Source of the DNA: Candidatus Poribacteria bacterium | Lineage (GTDB): Bacteria > Poribacteria > WGA-4E > WGA-3G | DNA length: 64,000 bases | NCBI GenBank assembly: GCA_965198235.1 | Contig: OZ240248.1 | Coordinates: forward strand, 2,112,001-2,176,000 | Direction of reading: 5' to 3' | In this document: positions 29,927 through 40,472 of the stretch, piece by piece | How the letters are laid out: the number at the start of each line of letters is the position of its first letter | Numbering within the stretch: position 1 is the first letter of the stretch | Program-made: the position numbers and the translations under genes | The notes under the pieces: model-generated | Databases searched by the model: none | What the model saw: only the letters and a program-made list of their open reading frames with translations | What the model was told of the DNA's origin: nothing

Positions 29927-30649
29927 TTAACGCAGTTCATTCTGCGTCGCATTTTTAAAAAGTTCGGTTTCTGAAATAAAACGATATTTTAAGAGTGTCC
30001 ATGCGGCAAAAAATCCATCCGACCAGAATCGGAGTTTCTTGCCCTCCTTTTTCGTGCGCGGGAAATAGGAGACCGGGACCTCATAGATGCGATAACCCGC
30101 ACGCAAAATCTTTGCTGTGACCTCCGGGCAGAATTCAAATCCCTCACACGTTAAATCTAAACGTGCTATCAGTTCTGTTGAGAAGGCTTTGTAGCCTGTC
30201 GATTCATCGGTAATTCGGCATCCGTAAAGGAGGTTTGTGTAGGTAGCGAGAATGCGATTCGCTATGAAGTTATGAAGACTGGCGTTCCCGCGTCCACGGA
30301 GAAACCTGGACCCGTAGACAACTTGAACGTTCTCCTTTTCAAGCGGTTTCACAAGTTCAGTGAGATCCGCTGGATCCAATTCCATGTCTGCATCTTGAAT
30401 AACGACCACCTCTCCCTTCACATGTGGAAGTCCGCTCCGAATTGCGAAACCCTTGCCTCTGTTCTCTTGGCAATGCACGACAGTCAATTCATAAGTCGCA
30501 CGCAACTCCTCAAGCACCTTGTGGGTTCCATCGGTGGAGCCGTCGTTGACAACAATGATCTGTTTCTCAATTGGTAGGGCACGTAGTGCCTCCAGCACCT
30601 GTCCGATTGTCTGCTCTTCGTTAAAGGCAGGAATGATTACAGATACCAA
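29927..30649 (-). CDS. GT2 glycosyltransferase (DPM1-like)
   Basis: VIIPAFNEE, VNDGSTD, QDADME. Confidence 0.9.
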   Translation of the reverse strand: MVSVIIPAFNEEQTIGQVLEALRALPIEKQIIVVNDGSTDGTHKVLEELRATYELTVVHCQENRGKGFAIRSGLPHVKGEVVVIQDADMELDPADLTELVKPLEKENVQVVYGSRFLRGRGNASLHNFIANRILATYTNLLYGCRITDESTGYKAFSTELIARLDLTCEGFEFCPEVTAKILRAGYRIYEVPVSYFPRTKKEGKKLRFWSDGFFAAWTLLKYRFISETELFKNATQNELR

Positions 30650-30858
30650 TTTTTAAATTTTCCTTGCGGTTCGGTGAGATGGGTGTTTTTGCTTGGGTGT
30701 TTCCTCAAGAGGTTTCAAGTGCCTCTCCATATACCCGCAGTCAACGTTGTTGCCTGCTGCGTTTTTTGTCCGAAAATTGTAGCACGCAACAAAGGCGCGT
30801 GCGGAACCGACAAGAAAACCTTTTTACGAGATGCCTCGACCGTGTGCAAACTAAATTA
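30650..30858. repeat. MITE-like repeat
   Basis: TTTTAAATTTTCCTTGCGG...GTGTGCAAACTAAATTA; includes the GTTTTTGCTTGGGTGTTTC module. Confidence 0.6.
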
Positions 30859-31647
30859 GAGAAGTGACTTCACTAGGCCGCCGTCTACCTGAATTGTAGT
30901 CCCGGTGATGTAACTTGCGCGTTCCGATGCGAGAAATACGACTAAAGTCGCAAATTCATCGGGGTCGCCGATTCTACCGAGCGGGATATCCGCAGTCATA
31001 TTTGCGAGTGCCTCATCAAACGTGATGCCACCCTCTCCTGCGCGGACGGTCGCGAGCTGCTGGATGCGATCAGTAAAAATAATACCGGGGCAGACGTTGT
31101 TGACGAGGATTTTGTCTGGTGCTAACTCCGTCGCGAGGGTCTTCGCGAATCCAATCACGCCTGTCCGTGCCATATTGGATAGCATAAGTCCATCGACAGG
31201 CTGTTTGACAGAGACAGAAGTAAGGTTGATGATCCGTCCGCCGCCGCGTGCCCGCATCGTTGGGACAACAGCGCGGCAGAGGTTTATCGTGCTCATCAGG
31301 TTCAATTGGACAGCGTCTTGATAGTCCTGTGCTGCCAAGTCATCAAACCGTCCGGCTCTGGGTCCACCGGCGTTGCTAACCAAAATATCGATACCACCGA
31401 AGTGTCCAATTGCTGTCCTAATGAGATTTTCAACCTGTTCCGGTTGACTGACATTGGTCGGTACCGCTAAAACTTCAGTGCCGGTCTGGTTGCGAATGTC
31501 GTCTGCTGTTGCTTCCAGAATCTCTCTATCTCTTGCGCAGATCGTGACCTTCGCTCCCTCGTGTGCTAAACCGAGGGCAATAGCGCGCCCAAGCCCTTTG
31601 CTTGAGGCACCTACAACTGCAATTTTATCCGTGAGTCCGAGATTCAT
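30856..31647 (-). CDS. SDR family oxidoreductase
   Basis: GASSKGLG, SNAGGP, SNMAR, VDGG. Confidence 0.9.
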   Translation of the reverse strand: MNLGLTDKIAVVGASSKGLGRAIALGLAHEGAKVTICARDREILEATADDIRNQTGTEVLAVPTNVSQPEQVENLIRTAIGHFGGIDILVSNAGGPRAGRFDDLAAQDYQDAVQLNLMSTINLCRAVVPTMRARGGGRIINLTSVSVKQPVDGLMLSNMARTGVIGFAKTLATELAPDKILVNNVCPGIIFTDRIQQLATVRAGEGGITFDEALANMTADIPLGRIGDPDEFATLVVFLASERASYITGTTIQVDGGLVKSLL

Positions 31648-31933
31648 TTTTTTAACTATGGGCTCCTGGGCATCGGTGTCTGGTGAATCGCGAGGCAACT
31701 GAGGATATGTGCGGTCTTAATGTTTTTCTCTCTGCTTCGCCTTTGACTCATTTCCATAATTTTACGAGTCACCGCCCACAACGCCCTACGTCCTTTCAAA
31801 AAACGGGATTGACTTTACGAGGTTAAGTATAACACTCTGACAATGCAATGTCAAGCGCAATTTCTGTCGTCCCGAAAACGGTAGGTGCGGTTTCATGAAG
31901 ATTAAGGATTTAATCGGGGAATGTTGTGAGCCT

Positions 31934-32013
31934 GTAGGTTGGGTTGAACGGAGACAGAAAACGGACGTTCCCTGTATTGGTCTTTTGCCGGATAATTTGG
32001 TGTGAAACCCAAC
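31934..32013 (+). repeat. Half copy of the long-loop REP
   Basis: GTAGGTTGGGTTGAACG-~50nt-GTGAAACCCAAC. Confidence 0.7.
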
Positions 32014-32153
32014 TTATAGTAAAGCTGACAATTACGTAGACCCCTACCCTTTAACAAACAGCCGTTCGTAGTCGTGCGATTCATCGCACGTCGTGCCAAA
32101 AAGTGCCAAATATTTTCAGACTTCACTATATGTACCGAAAGCGTTCCCAGACT

Positions 32154-34691
32154 CTACTTCTTTATCAACATCTTCCGCGTTGCTGTAAAATCTCCTGCCG
32201 ACAGTGTATAGAAATAAATGCCACTCGCCACGTGTTCTTCCTGTTCATTCCGGCCATCCCAATACGCCGCACGGCTTTTGTTATGATACACTCCCGCAGA
32301 CTGGTGTCCCAACGCCAACGTTCGCACCAATGTCCCATCCACAGCATAGATGTACAACGTCACTTTCGCAGGTTTCACTAACTGATAGGGTATCCACGTC
32401 TCTGGGTTAAACGGGTTCGGATAGTTTGCTAAGAGACGGGTTTCTGTTGGAATTGCTAAGGTTGCGAGGAGTTGTTCAAGGACGACAACACCTCTTTTCA
32501 GAACTTCAGCATGAAAGTGTGAAGAATCAGCATGGAGATCATAGTTTTTGGCTTGGCGAATCCACTTCTGTAAGTCTGTAGTTGTGAGTGCGTGTATTTC
32601 TTGAGTGTGTAGCGTGGGTGCTGCCGGTACGTCACGTAACAAGCTTGCAACCAACAGGAGATCGATAACATTGACAATCCCGTCTCTGTTAACATCCGGA
32701 TTTCGCTTAACCGTGCCTTTAATAGTTTTGCCGAAATTTGAAGCAACCAATACAAGGTCGGTTATATTGACTGTTCCATCTCTGTTGACATCCGCGTTGT
32801 TTCCGGTAAGTAGGGAGCTCTCTGCTTTGAGCGTGTAGTTCTGCCGTCTAATATTTCCGTATACATCAATCACTTGGAGTGCTATGTTGTTAACTTGGCG
32901 GGTCGTTAAGATTGAGGTGCTGAATTCAAGAGTACTGCTTTGCGTGTTTAAATTCTTACAGCTGTGCAACTTAATGCCGGGTGCTGGGTCCGCCGCGGTT
33001 GCTGGGACCAGCAACTGGGCTTGATGGATGCCATCTGCATCCGTTACTTCAAATTGGAGCGTGAAGTTTCTCGCATTTGGCAGGTAAGCCGACGGTGTAA
33101 GCATCTGAATCGTTGTCGACTCATCAAAGGCGGTTTGGTCGGTGTTAAAAAAACGATTTGCGTCCAACCATCTGGCGGCACACTTAGACAGTCGGTCTGG
33201 TGATGTGCCGTAGGACATGATGTATGCGGCATCGCGAAAGTCGTGCTCTAAGCCAAAAGCGTGCCCGAGTTCATGCGCCGCCACAACGACACCATACGTA
33301 CCCTCGAAACACGTGCCGGAGGCAGGAATAACGGCGCGTCCACCTTGCGTCCTTACCAAAAGACCATTTTCATACCAACTGCCACCACCGACACCGCATT
33401 TATCTTCTGCTCCAATGAACTCACTACTGACCTCTGCAACGATAAGATAGATGTGCTTCCCCGTGTCAAACAGAGAGGCAACTTCCGTGTAGACCTTGTC
33501 CGCTGTATCTGTGTGGTAATATTGGTCTCTGAACTGCCCCTCAACGCGGTAAGCGCGCATACTTCCATTTTCATGGGTTTCATACGTGAAAGTTTTCCTA
33601 CCGAATCCGTTAATTTCCATCTGATCTGCATAAAAGCGTTGTACATCCCTGATGAGCGTTTCCAGTTTTTGCCAGATACCCGCTTGTGCGATGCGGTCTC
33701 GGGGAGTGAAATAGACAATTCGGACCATATCTTGATTCAGGGTGCTATAGGGTGTTACGTCCCAAATTCGAACCGTTCCGTCAGCACCACTGCTGATGAG
33801 CGCGCTTCCATCCGGAGAGAAGGCGGTAGTTCTGACCCAGTCTGTATGTCCCGTGAGGGTAACAATATTCTCGCCGATACCAACTGCCCAAAGGTGTACA
33901 GATTTGTAACTGGTTGCGGCAAGTGTACTGCTATCAGGCGAAAAACTAATATCAGAGATTGTGCTATTCGAGGTTAGCGTGCCATGCGGTATCCAATTCG
34001 GTACTGTCCATAACTTGACCTTCCCTTCGTATCCGGCACCCGCAAGGATTTGATCATCTGGCGAAAACTGAACAGTATACACGGAATTGGAATCCGCATG
34101 GAGTTGCGTAACAGCCTGTTGGCTTTGAATGTCCCAGACGTTGACCTGTCCACTGTTATCTCCCGTGGCGAGCAGTTTGCCATCGGTGGAAAAGGCAACT
34201 GCCCAGACCCAGTCATGGTGCTTGAAGGTAACTATTTGGTTGCGAGTGTAGACATCCCAGAGTTTCGCATGTCTACCGCCAGTTGCTATCATTTTGCCAT
34301 CTGGAGAGAAGATAACCGCTTTGACTTGTGAACGGGTACGGTCGGTAATATGCTCACGGGTTGCGATATGATGTTTGTGATTAACATTCCACAATTTGAG
34401 GACGTAGTCGTCGCCACCGCTGGCGAGAAACTTGCCGTCTGGGGAGAAGGCGACTGAATTAACGGTATCAGCGTGGCGACCCAACGTTGCCACGGTCCCG
34501 TTCCGCAGGTGCCACAACTTAATTTCGCCATTATCCCCCGCACTGGCAGCGAGGGAAGGATTCACGGGAGAATATGCAACCGTTTGGACGCTACTGCCAT
34601 GCCTAAATAAGGTGTGTTCTTCTTGGGCAGTGGCGGTGGATGGAAGCGTTAGTAAAGCGGTTATTGTGAGAAACAGATGCTTGAATTGCAT
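32154..34691 (-). CDS. Secreted WD40 + zinc metallopeptidase + dockerin + FlgD-Ig/sorting-domain protein
   Basis: Signal peptide, WD40 repeats, HELGHAFGLEH with Met-turn, DVNRDG x2, NYPNPFNPETWIPYQL...TRKMLIKK. Confidence 0.85.
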   Translation of the reverse strand: MQFKHLFLTITALLTLPSTATAQEEHTLFRHGSSVQTVAYSPVNPSLAASAGDNGEIKLWHLRNGTVATLGRHADTVNSVAFSPDGKFLASGGDDYVLKLWNVNHKHHIATREHITDRTRSQVKAVIFSPDGKMIATGGRHAKLWDVYTRNQIVTFKHHDWVWAVAFSTDGKLLATGDNSGQVNVWDIQSQQAVTQLHADSNSVYTVQFSPDDQILAGAGYEGKVKLWTVPNWIPHGTLTSNSTISDISFSPDSSTLAATSYKSVHLWAVGIGENIVTLTGHTDWVRTTAFSPDGSALISSGADGTVRIWDVTPYSTLNQDMVRIVYFTPRDRIAQAGIWQKLETLIRDVQRFYADQMEINGFGRKTFTYETHENGSMRAYRVEGQFRDQYYHTDTADKVYTEVASLFDTGKHIYLIVAEVSSEFIGAEDKCGVGGGSWYENGLLVRTQGGRAVIPASGTCFEGTYGVVVAAHELGHAFGLEHDFRDAAYIMSYGTSPDRLSKCAARWLDANRFFNTDQTAFDESTTIQMLTPSAYLPNARNFTLQFEVTDADGIHQAQLLVPATAADPAPGIKLHSCKNLNTQSSTLEFSTSILTTRQVNNIALQVIDVYGNIRRQNYTLKAESSLLTGNNADVNRDGTVNITDLVLVASNFGKTIKGTVKRNPDVNRDGIVNVIDLLLVASLLRDVPAAPTLHTQEIHALTTTDLQKWIRQAKNYDLHADSSHFHAEVLKRGVVVLEQLLATLAIPTETRLLANYPNPFNPETWIPYQLVKPAKVTLYIYAVDGTLVRTLALGHQSAGVYHNKSRAAYWDGRNEQEEHVASGIYFYTLSAGDFTATRKMLIKK

Positions 34692-34692
34692 A

Positions 34693-34923
34693 TTTCTAAC
34701 GATTGGCTTCTGGGCACCGCTCCATTACATTACGCGGTGGTTTTCGTTAAAGTTGAACTCCCGCTTGATGTTGAAAGGGGTTAGAATTCACTGAGAACCG
34801 TTGTGGAATGAAATTAGGTTTCCTTAAATGGCATAATTTTGCTTCGCATTGTCCCGCAAGCCTCTATAGGCTTGCGCAGAATGCTTTACATTTGGAGCAA
34901 CGTCCAGGCGCCAATAAATTAAA
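34693..34923. repeat. MITE-like element
   Basis: TTTCTAACGATTGGCTTCTGG / CCAGGCGCCAATAAATTAAA ends; core near-identical to 28080-28172. Confidence 0.7.
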
Positions 34924-34955
34924 GAGCGATAACATGCTGCACTTACAAGACGAGA

Positions 34956-35993
34956 TCACAGGGTTTGTGCCATAGGAACATCCCATTTTTCGGCACACTC
35001 GCGAAGTTGCTGATAGATGGTATCGGGTATATCAATGCCATTTGCGAGGCGGTGTGCTCGGGTATTCGCTTCAAAATCACCGGAGACTAACACTTCATCG
35101 AAACCGGCAGCAGGCGGTGTCGCCTTGATCGCGTCTAAAAACGCTCGCACCCCTTTTTGATATTCTGCAAGCGGTGTAAACGCATTGACATCAATCACCT
35201 GCATATAAAGACCGCCCATCTGTCCAGCCTCAACATTAAATGCGCCTCCCAATCCACCGAGCAGTGCAACAAAGAGAGAAAGCGCGTAGCCTTTGTGCCT
35301 TCCAAAAGCGAGAAGGTGCCCACCATCACGGTATTCAGCAGTTTTGACAGTAGGGCTTCCGTGTTTGTCAACGACACATCCCTCCGGCAAATCTCGATTT
35401 TCGCTGTCAGCGACGTAAGTTTTACCGTTTGCGATCATGCTCGTTGCGAAGTCGATCAAGAACGGCGTGTCATCACCGGTGGGAACGCCGATAGCGATCG
35501 GGTTCGTGCCAAGCGCACCGACCGCACCACCAAACGGGAGAATACCTCCGCCCCCTTTTGAACCGCCACCAACGGTGATGATTCCGATATATCCCGATTC
35601 AGCGGCTTCTTGTGCGTATTCCCCGACTCTGCCGATATGCCCCGTCCGAGCGAGCGTCGCGAAGCAGGTGCGCGCGGTTTTCGCTTTTTCAATCGCACGT
35701 CGGACGGCATAGCGGGCGGTGTAGTGTCCAAAACCGTTGCCACCATCAATATGGAGCGTATTGTCGGTTTCCCGTAGCACATCCGGCTCGGCATCGGGAC
35801 GGATACCGCCGCCTTCAATTCCCGCAAGGTAGGAGGGAATCCGAAGCACGCCATGCGAATCGTGTCCCGCGAGGTTCGCTTTTACCAAAATCTCGGCAAC
35901 GTTGTCCGCGATGTGCTGCGGTGTGCCTGCCGCTACAAATAGGTTGTTTGTAAATGCCTGAAGGTGTGCGGCTTCAAATAGGTGCCTTTTCAC
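34956..35993 (-). CDS. Ldh_2 family (malate/lactate/sulfolactate-type) oxidoreductase
   Basis: GHDSHG, HIGR.G.Y, GTNPIA, HKGYAL. Confidence 0.9.
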   Translation of the reverse strand: MKRHLFEAAHLQAFTNNLFVAAGTPQHIADNVAEILVKANLAGHDSHGVLRIPSYLAGIEGGGIRPDAEPDVLRETDNTLHIDGGNGFGHYTARYAVRRAIEKAKTARTCFATLARTGHIGRVGEYAQEAAESGYIGIITVGGGSKGGGGILPFGGAVGALGTNPIAIGVPTGDDTPFLIDFATSMIANGKTYVADSENRDLPEGCVVDKHGSPTVKTAEYRDGGHLLAFGRHKGYALSLFVALLGGLGGAFNVEAGQMGGLYMQVIDVNAFTPLAEYQKGVRAFLDAIKATPPAAGFDEVLVSGDFEANTRAHRLANGIDIPDTIYQQLRECAEKWDVPMAQTL

Positions 35994-36029
35994 GATATGT
36001 TCCCTCCTATCCTATTCTCGTAAACGCGG

Positions 36030-37109
36030 TTACGAAAGCAGACCGTAGTGTGCCTTGTCATCTTCTTCAACAGTGTCCTCGCCGATAGAAATGTCCAATT
36101 TATCTGCACACTCTTGAAGTTGATCGTAGATGGTATCCGGTATCTCAATTCCGTCCACCAACCGCTGTGTGCGGAATCGGTGTTCAAAATCACCGGGGAC
36201 GAGTACTTCGTCGAAGCCGGATGCTGGCGGTGTAGATTTAATGCCGTCTAAGAAGGCGCGCACGCCTTTTTGGTAGTCCTCGACCGGTGTAAAAGCACTG
36301 ACATCAATGGCTTGCATAAAAATGCCGCCCATCCTGCCGCTTTCTGTGTCATAAGTTCCTGCCAATCCGCCGAGGAGGCAGGTAAACATAGCGAGTGCGT
36401 AGCCTTTATGTTTCCCAAACGCGAGGAGCGAACCACCATCGTAGAAATCGGCGGGTTTGACGCTCGGCATCCCGTTTTTATCAAGGATGCACCCCTCCGG
36501 TAAATCGATGCCTTTGCTCCGCGCGACCTGTATCTTTCCTTCAGCAACCATACTCGTTGCGTAGTCAACGATAAAAGGACTATCGTCGCCGGTTGGCACG
36601 CCTAAGGCGATTGGGTTTGTGCTGAAAGTGCCTTGCGAACCGCCATAAGGTACTGTTGGTCCGCCGCCTTTGCCGCCTGAGCCAACGCTAATCAGTCCGA
36701 TACATCCGGCTTTCGCTGCCGCTTCTGCATATTCGCCGAGGCGTCCGATATGTCCAGTGTTGCTGATACTGATAGAGCAGGAGACAGCGGTTTTTGCCTT
36801 CTCAATGGCTTTACTCATTGACCAGCGCGAGACGTAGTGTCCGAAGCCGCGTTGTCCATCAACGCGTAACGTATTAGGGGTCTCAGCGAGAACTTCGGGT
36901 TCCGCAGTGGGGTCCAGGTGTCCGGCATCGAACCCGCGTAAATAGGCAGGGACACGTAGAACACCATGAGAATCGTGACCCGCGAGGTTGGCATTGACCA
37001 AAATTTCGGCGACATCCTCTGCAATGTGCCGCGACGCACCGGCAGCGACAAAGATATTGCGTGCAATTGCGTGAAGGTGAGGTGCGTGAAGTAGATGCGT
37101 TTTCTCCAT
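36030..37109 (-). CDS. Ldh_2 family oxidoreductase (tandem paralog)
   Basis: Same motifs; highly similar to its neighbour. Confidence 0.9.
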   Translation of the reverse strand: MEKTHLLHAPHLHAIARNIFVAAGASRHIAEDVAEILVNANLAGHDSHGVLRVPAYLRGFDAGHLDPTAEPEVLAETPNTLRVDGQRGFGHYVSRWSMSKAIEKAKTAVSCSISISNTGHIGRLGEYAEAAAKAGCIGLISVGSGGKGGGPTVPYGGSQGTFSTNPIALGVPTGDDSPFIVDYATSMVAEGKIQVARSKGIDLPEGCILDKNGMPSVKPADFYDGGSLLAFGKHKGYALAMFTCLLGGLAGTYDTESGRMGGIFMQAIDVSAFTPVEDYQKGVRAFLDGIKSTPPASGFDEVLVPGDFEHRFRTQRLVDGIEIPDTIYDQLQECADKLDISIGEDTVEEDDKAHYGLLS

Positions 37110-37279
37110 GTATTACATCCTTTGATGTGCATTCAGTTAGTCGTGTAATCTATTCCAAAACCGTGCACCCTATTTTACGCAATCTGCTTTTTTTGTCAAT
37201 AGCAAAAAGGTAGAGCGGCAAGGTCATTCAGTTTTCGGTTACTTGTCGGAATCAGGGTTTTCAGGATTATAGTCGGAGC

Positions 37280-37578
37280 GTAGATTGGGTTGAACCTTAA
37301 CCCCGAAAAGCTATCCTTCCAAAAAGACATGTGTTTGCCTCGGATACCCGCCTTCCTACCAGAAATCAATAGTGAAACCCAACTGCCGTATCAACGGGCG
37401 CAGGGGTATTAACGTGTTGGATTTCGCTGGGATTTGGGTGTATTCAAGCGTCTGAGAAGTGTAGCGTTTTCGGTAGGGTAGGGGTCCGATTTTCTGTGTT
37501 TCGCTCAACCTGCGGATTTCTTAAGCAAAAACACCTCGCCTCGCAATGTCTAATAAGTTTCCGTTCAACCCAACCTAC
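37280..37578. repeat. Long-loop REPIN-like element (copy 3)
   Basis: Arms as at 11966; loops 74/32/73 nt; degenerate then perfect distal arm. Confidence 0.75.
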
Positions 37579-37739
37579 GAACTGTTTTAGTAGGGGGAGT
37601 CGTCATAAGTGCGGTTGGATGAAGTTTCAATAAATATTTCGGTAATTCTATGAAAGATAATCTTCAAACAAGAAGCGTCCATAATCCTGTAAAGATCGAA
37701 GAAGCCCATGAATCCCGGTTCAGACAATTACCATCCCAC

Positions 37740-37832
37740 ATTACCGAATCAAATTCTGAATCTTCATGTAACCGCACCGGACCTCATTAGGAAATTACCG
37801 AATCAAATTCTGAATCTTCATGTAACCGCACC
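37740..37832. repeat. Direct repeat of 39 bp, period 54
   Basis: ATTACCGAATCAAATTCTGAATCTTCATGTAACCGCACC x2; related reverse copy near 31880. Confidence 0.8.
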
Positions 37833-37859
37833 TACCTCGGTTAGGTGGAGACAGGAAAC

Positions 37860-39020
37860 CTATCCTCTATACAGGGTGCGCATTTGTTGGATGACTTTCG
37901 GCAATTTAGCAATGACCTCATCGATCTCAGCTTCGGTCGTATTTCTACCGAGAGAAAAACGCACAGTCCCTTGTGCCAAACGCGGTGGTAAGCCGAGCGC
38001 GGCGAGGACGTGCGACGGTTCCATAGAGCCGGAGGTACACGCAGAACCCGTCGAGACACAAATCCCTTCCATGTCCAAACGTAAGATGAGGCTTTCACCC
38101 TCCACCGCTTCAAACGAGACGTTGAGAGTACCGGGTGCACAGTGATCGGGATGTCCATTATAGTGCAGGCGATCAATGTGTGCATCCAAGCCTATGCGGA
38201 GTCTTTGGGTTAAAGCGTCGAGATGCTGCGCGTAGGTGTTCTGCTCCTGTTTCGCAAGGTCGGCGGCAGTACCTAAGCCGACAATGGCAGGGACGTTTTC
38301 AGATCCGGCGCGTCGGTTGCGTTCATGCGAACCACCGTGGACGAGGTTTGCCAGTCGAGTGCCGCGGCGGATGTAGAGGATACCAATGCCTTTGGGTGCG
38401 TAAATCTTGTGTCCGGAAAACGCGAGAAGGTTCACACCGAGTTCTTGAACGTTCATATCCAATTTGCCGACCGATTGCACGGCATCGGTGTGGAGAGGGA
38501 CCTCGTGTTCCTGTGCGATCTCGCATATCTCTTCAAGGGGTTGGACAGTGCCGTTCTCGTTGTTGACGTGCATGATGGAGATCAGGACTGTCGTATCGCG
38601 GACTGCCTCACAAAGTTGTTCAAGACTCATCCGTCCGTATCTATCTACAGGGAGATAGGTTACCTCGAAACCGCGTTGCTCCAAATATTGGCAGGTATAC
38701 AGGACAGCGTGATGCTCCACAGAGGAAGTGATGATATGGTTGCCCTTGCCCCGACTCTTTTGTAGTTCGGTCAACCCTTTAATGGCGTGGTTATCTGCTT
38801 CAGTGCCGCTTCCGGTGAAAATAATCTCACTCGGACTTTTGGCACCGATAAGATCAGCGACCTGCTCACGGGCGGTGTCGATCGCGGTGCGTGCCTCGCG
38901 TCCGTATGCGTGAATGCTGGAACCGTTACCGAATGCCTCGGTGAGATACGGCATCATCGCGTCCCGGACTTCGGGACGGAGCGGCGTTGTGGCGTTGTAG
39001 TCTAAATAGATTCGTTCCAT
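37860..39020 (-). CDS. iscS: Cysteine desulfurase (IscS/NifS group I)
   Basis: YLDYNATT, SGHKIYAPKG, STGSACTS. Confidence 0.92.
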   Translation of the reverse strand: MERIYLDYNATTPLRPEVRDAMMPYLTEAFGNGSSIHAYGREARTAIDTAREQVADLIGAKSPSEIIFTGSGTEADNHAIKGLTELQKSRGKGNHIITSSVEHHAVLYTCQYLEQRGFEVTYLPVDRYGRMSLEQLCEAVRDTTVLISIMHVNNENGTVQPLEEICEIAQEHEVPLHTDAVQSVGKLDMNVQELGVNLLAFSGHKIYAPKGIGILYIRRGTRLANLVHGGSHERNRRAGSENVPAIVGLGTAADLAKQEQNTYAQHLDALTQRLRIGLDAHIDRLHYNGHPDHCAPGTLNVSFEAVEGESLILRLDMEGICVSTGSACTSGSMEPSHVLAALGLPPRLAQGTVRFSLGRNTTEAEIDEVIAKLPKVIQQMRTLYRG

Positions 39021-39050
39021 GTTTTTAGTCCATCTTGCTATCTGGAGTGC

Positions 39051-40385
39051 TCATTCGTATGTTCGGTGATTCCAAAAAGTTATCCGATTCGGATAAATCT
39101 TAATATCTGGTACAGAATCGCGTCCGCGGATTCGTCCGTTCTCACCTAAGAAGGAGAGATTGAGTGTATGGGTGCCTGCGGGCAGTGGCATCCGCACCAT
39201 AAAAATCTGGTTCGGAAGCGTTTGCCAAGAACGCGTATCCGCCTGTTCCGTCACAACACCAGCAAGGTTTACAAGCAGCCCTAAGGCTTCATTTTCCTTG
39301 TTTGCCTTTCGGTAGAGCAAGTATTTCCCTACAGCACGGAGTAACGTTCGGAGGAGGATAATAGGACGTTGTGAATTGAATGTCTCAATCGCGATGTTTT
39401 CCACATCTTCTACAAGTACACCATTCGTTTTTACCTCCCCGACAGCAACCTCGATCCCTGAGAGGAGGGGGCGATAGGAGTCAATTGTCGGAATCGCAAC
39501 GCGTAGAAGATATTCCAATTCGATATCCTCATAGACCATTCCCTGACGTCCTATAAGCGTCGGCACAAACTTTTCATCGTCCACATCGTCTTTTTTGAGG
39601 ATCGGAAACATCAAAGTCTCCTCACCTTTAGGGGGTACATAGCCGCTTTCATAAAAAAGAATCAGTTCGCCGGTGTTTGCAGGGCGCGGGGAAAACTCGC
39701 CGTACTGTTCCTCATAACGCTCCATCTCGTCAACGAAACCGAGTTTGCGTGCCAGCCGGACCAGCGAATGACCGATGTCCTCCGGCATCTCTACACCGGT
39801 TTTCTCCGAGGCGTTTTGGTAGTATTCCGCAGCCTGCTTGTAAGAGATGTAAGCGTCATTCCATTCACCCGTGGCTTCAAAGAGGACAGCAGAGAGGTGC
39901 GCGAGAAACGCTGCTCCGAAGAAATCGTACTTTTCGTCTTCACCCTTGAAGTAGTTGATGAGTGCCGTTGCACGGCGGCATTCTACCAGTGCACCGTCTA
40001 ACTGATTCAGGTAGACATAGTTGATCGTCCGGTAGTAGTGACTCAAAAGCCGTTCGTAACGAGTACCCGGATATGGACGCATCTGATCAGAAGTGACGAG
40101 CGAAATAGCCTCTTTTGAAACACTTTTGGTATAACGGTCCTCAGCGATATCCCCTGCTTGATCGAAAGCAGCGTTGCTTTCTTGGAAGTGGTTGGCATAG
40201 TGGGCAACCAATCCTAATTCAAACAGAAACGGAATGTCAGACTTTTTCGGTGCATTTTTCTGAAGATTCGTATAGGCTTTTTCTGGTTGTCCTGCCTCCA
40301 ATGCGATTTGGAGGTCTTGCATCTTATAGCCGCTACATCCTATTAGCAGACAAGTAATGAACAGAAAGGGGAGTATTTTAATCAT
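39051..40385 (-). CDS. COG3014-like TPR lipoprotein
   Basis: Lipobox LIGC; 'ADTRSWQTLP' motif; adjacent to lpoB. Confidence 0.75.
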   Translation of the reverse strand: MIKILPFLFITCLLIGCSGYKMQDLQIALEAGQPEKAYTNLQKNAPKKSDIPFLFELGLVAHYANHFQESNAAFDQAGDIAEDRYTKSVSKEAISLVTSDQMRPYPGTRYERLLSHYYRTINYVYLNQLDGALVECRRATALINYFKGEDEKYDFFGAAFLAHLSAVLFEATGEWNDAYISYKQAAEYYQNASEKTGVEMPEDIGHSLVRLARKLGFVDEMERYEEQYGEFSPRPANTGELILFYESGYVPPKGEETLMFPILKKDDVDDEKFVPTLIGRQGMVYEDIELEYLLRVAIPTIDSYRPLLSGIEVAVGEVKTNGVLVEDVENIAIETFNSQRPIILLRTLLRAVGKYLLYRKANKENEALGLLVNLAGVVTEQADTRSWQTLPNQIFMVRMPLPAGTHTLNLSFLGENGRIRGRDSVPDIKIYPNRITFWNHRTYE

Positions 40386-40472
40386 CGGTTTCTTGGGTAT
40401 GAGACGATAGTTGTGGGCAGATATGGAGGCCTGCCCACGCAAATTCAACCGGACGGCACGCGAAGACCTCGT

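Noticed and set aside
37708-38145. ORF with duplicated LPNQILNLHVTAP
   Set aside because: Product of a non-coding direct repeat plus iscS antisense
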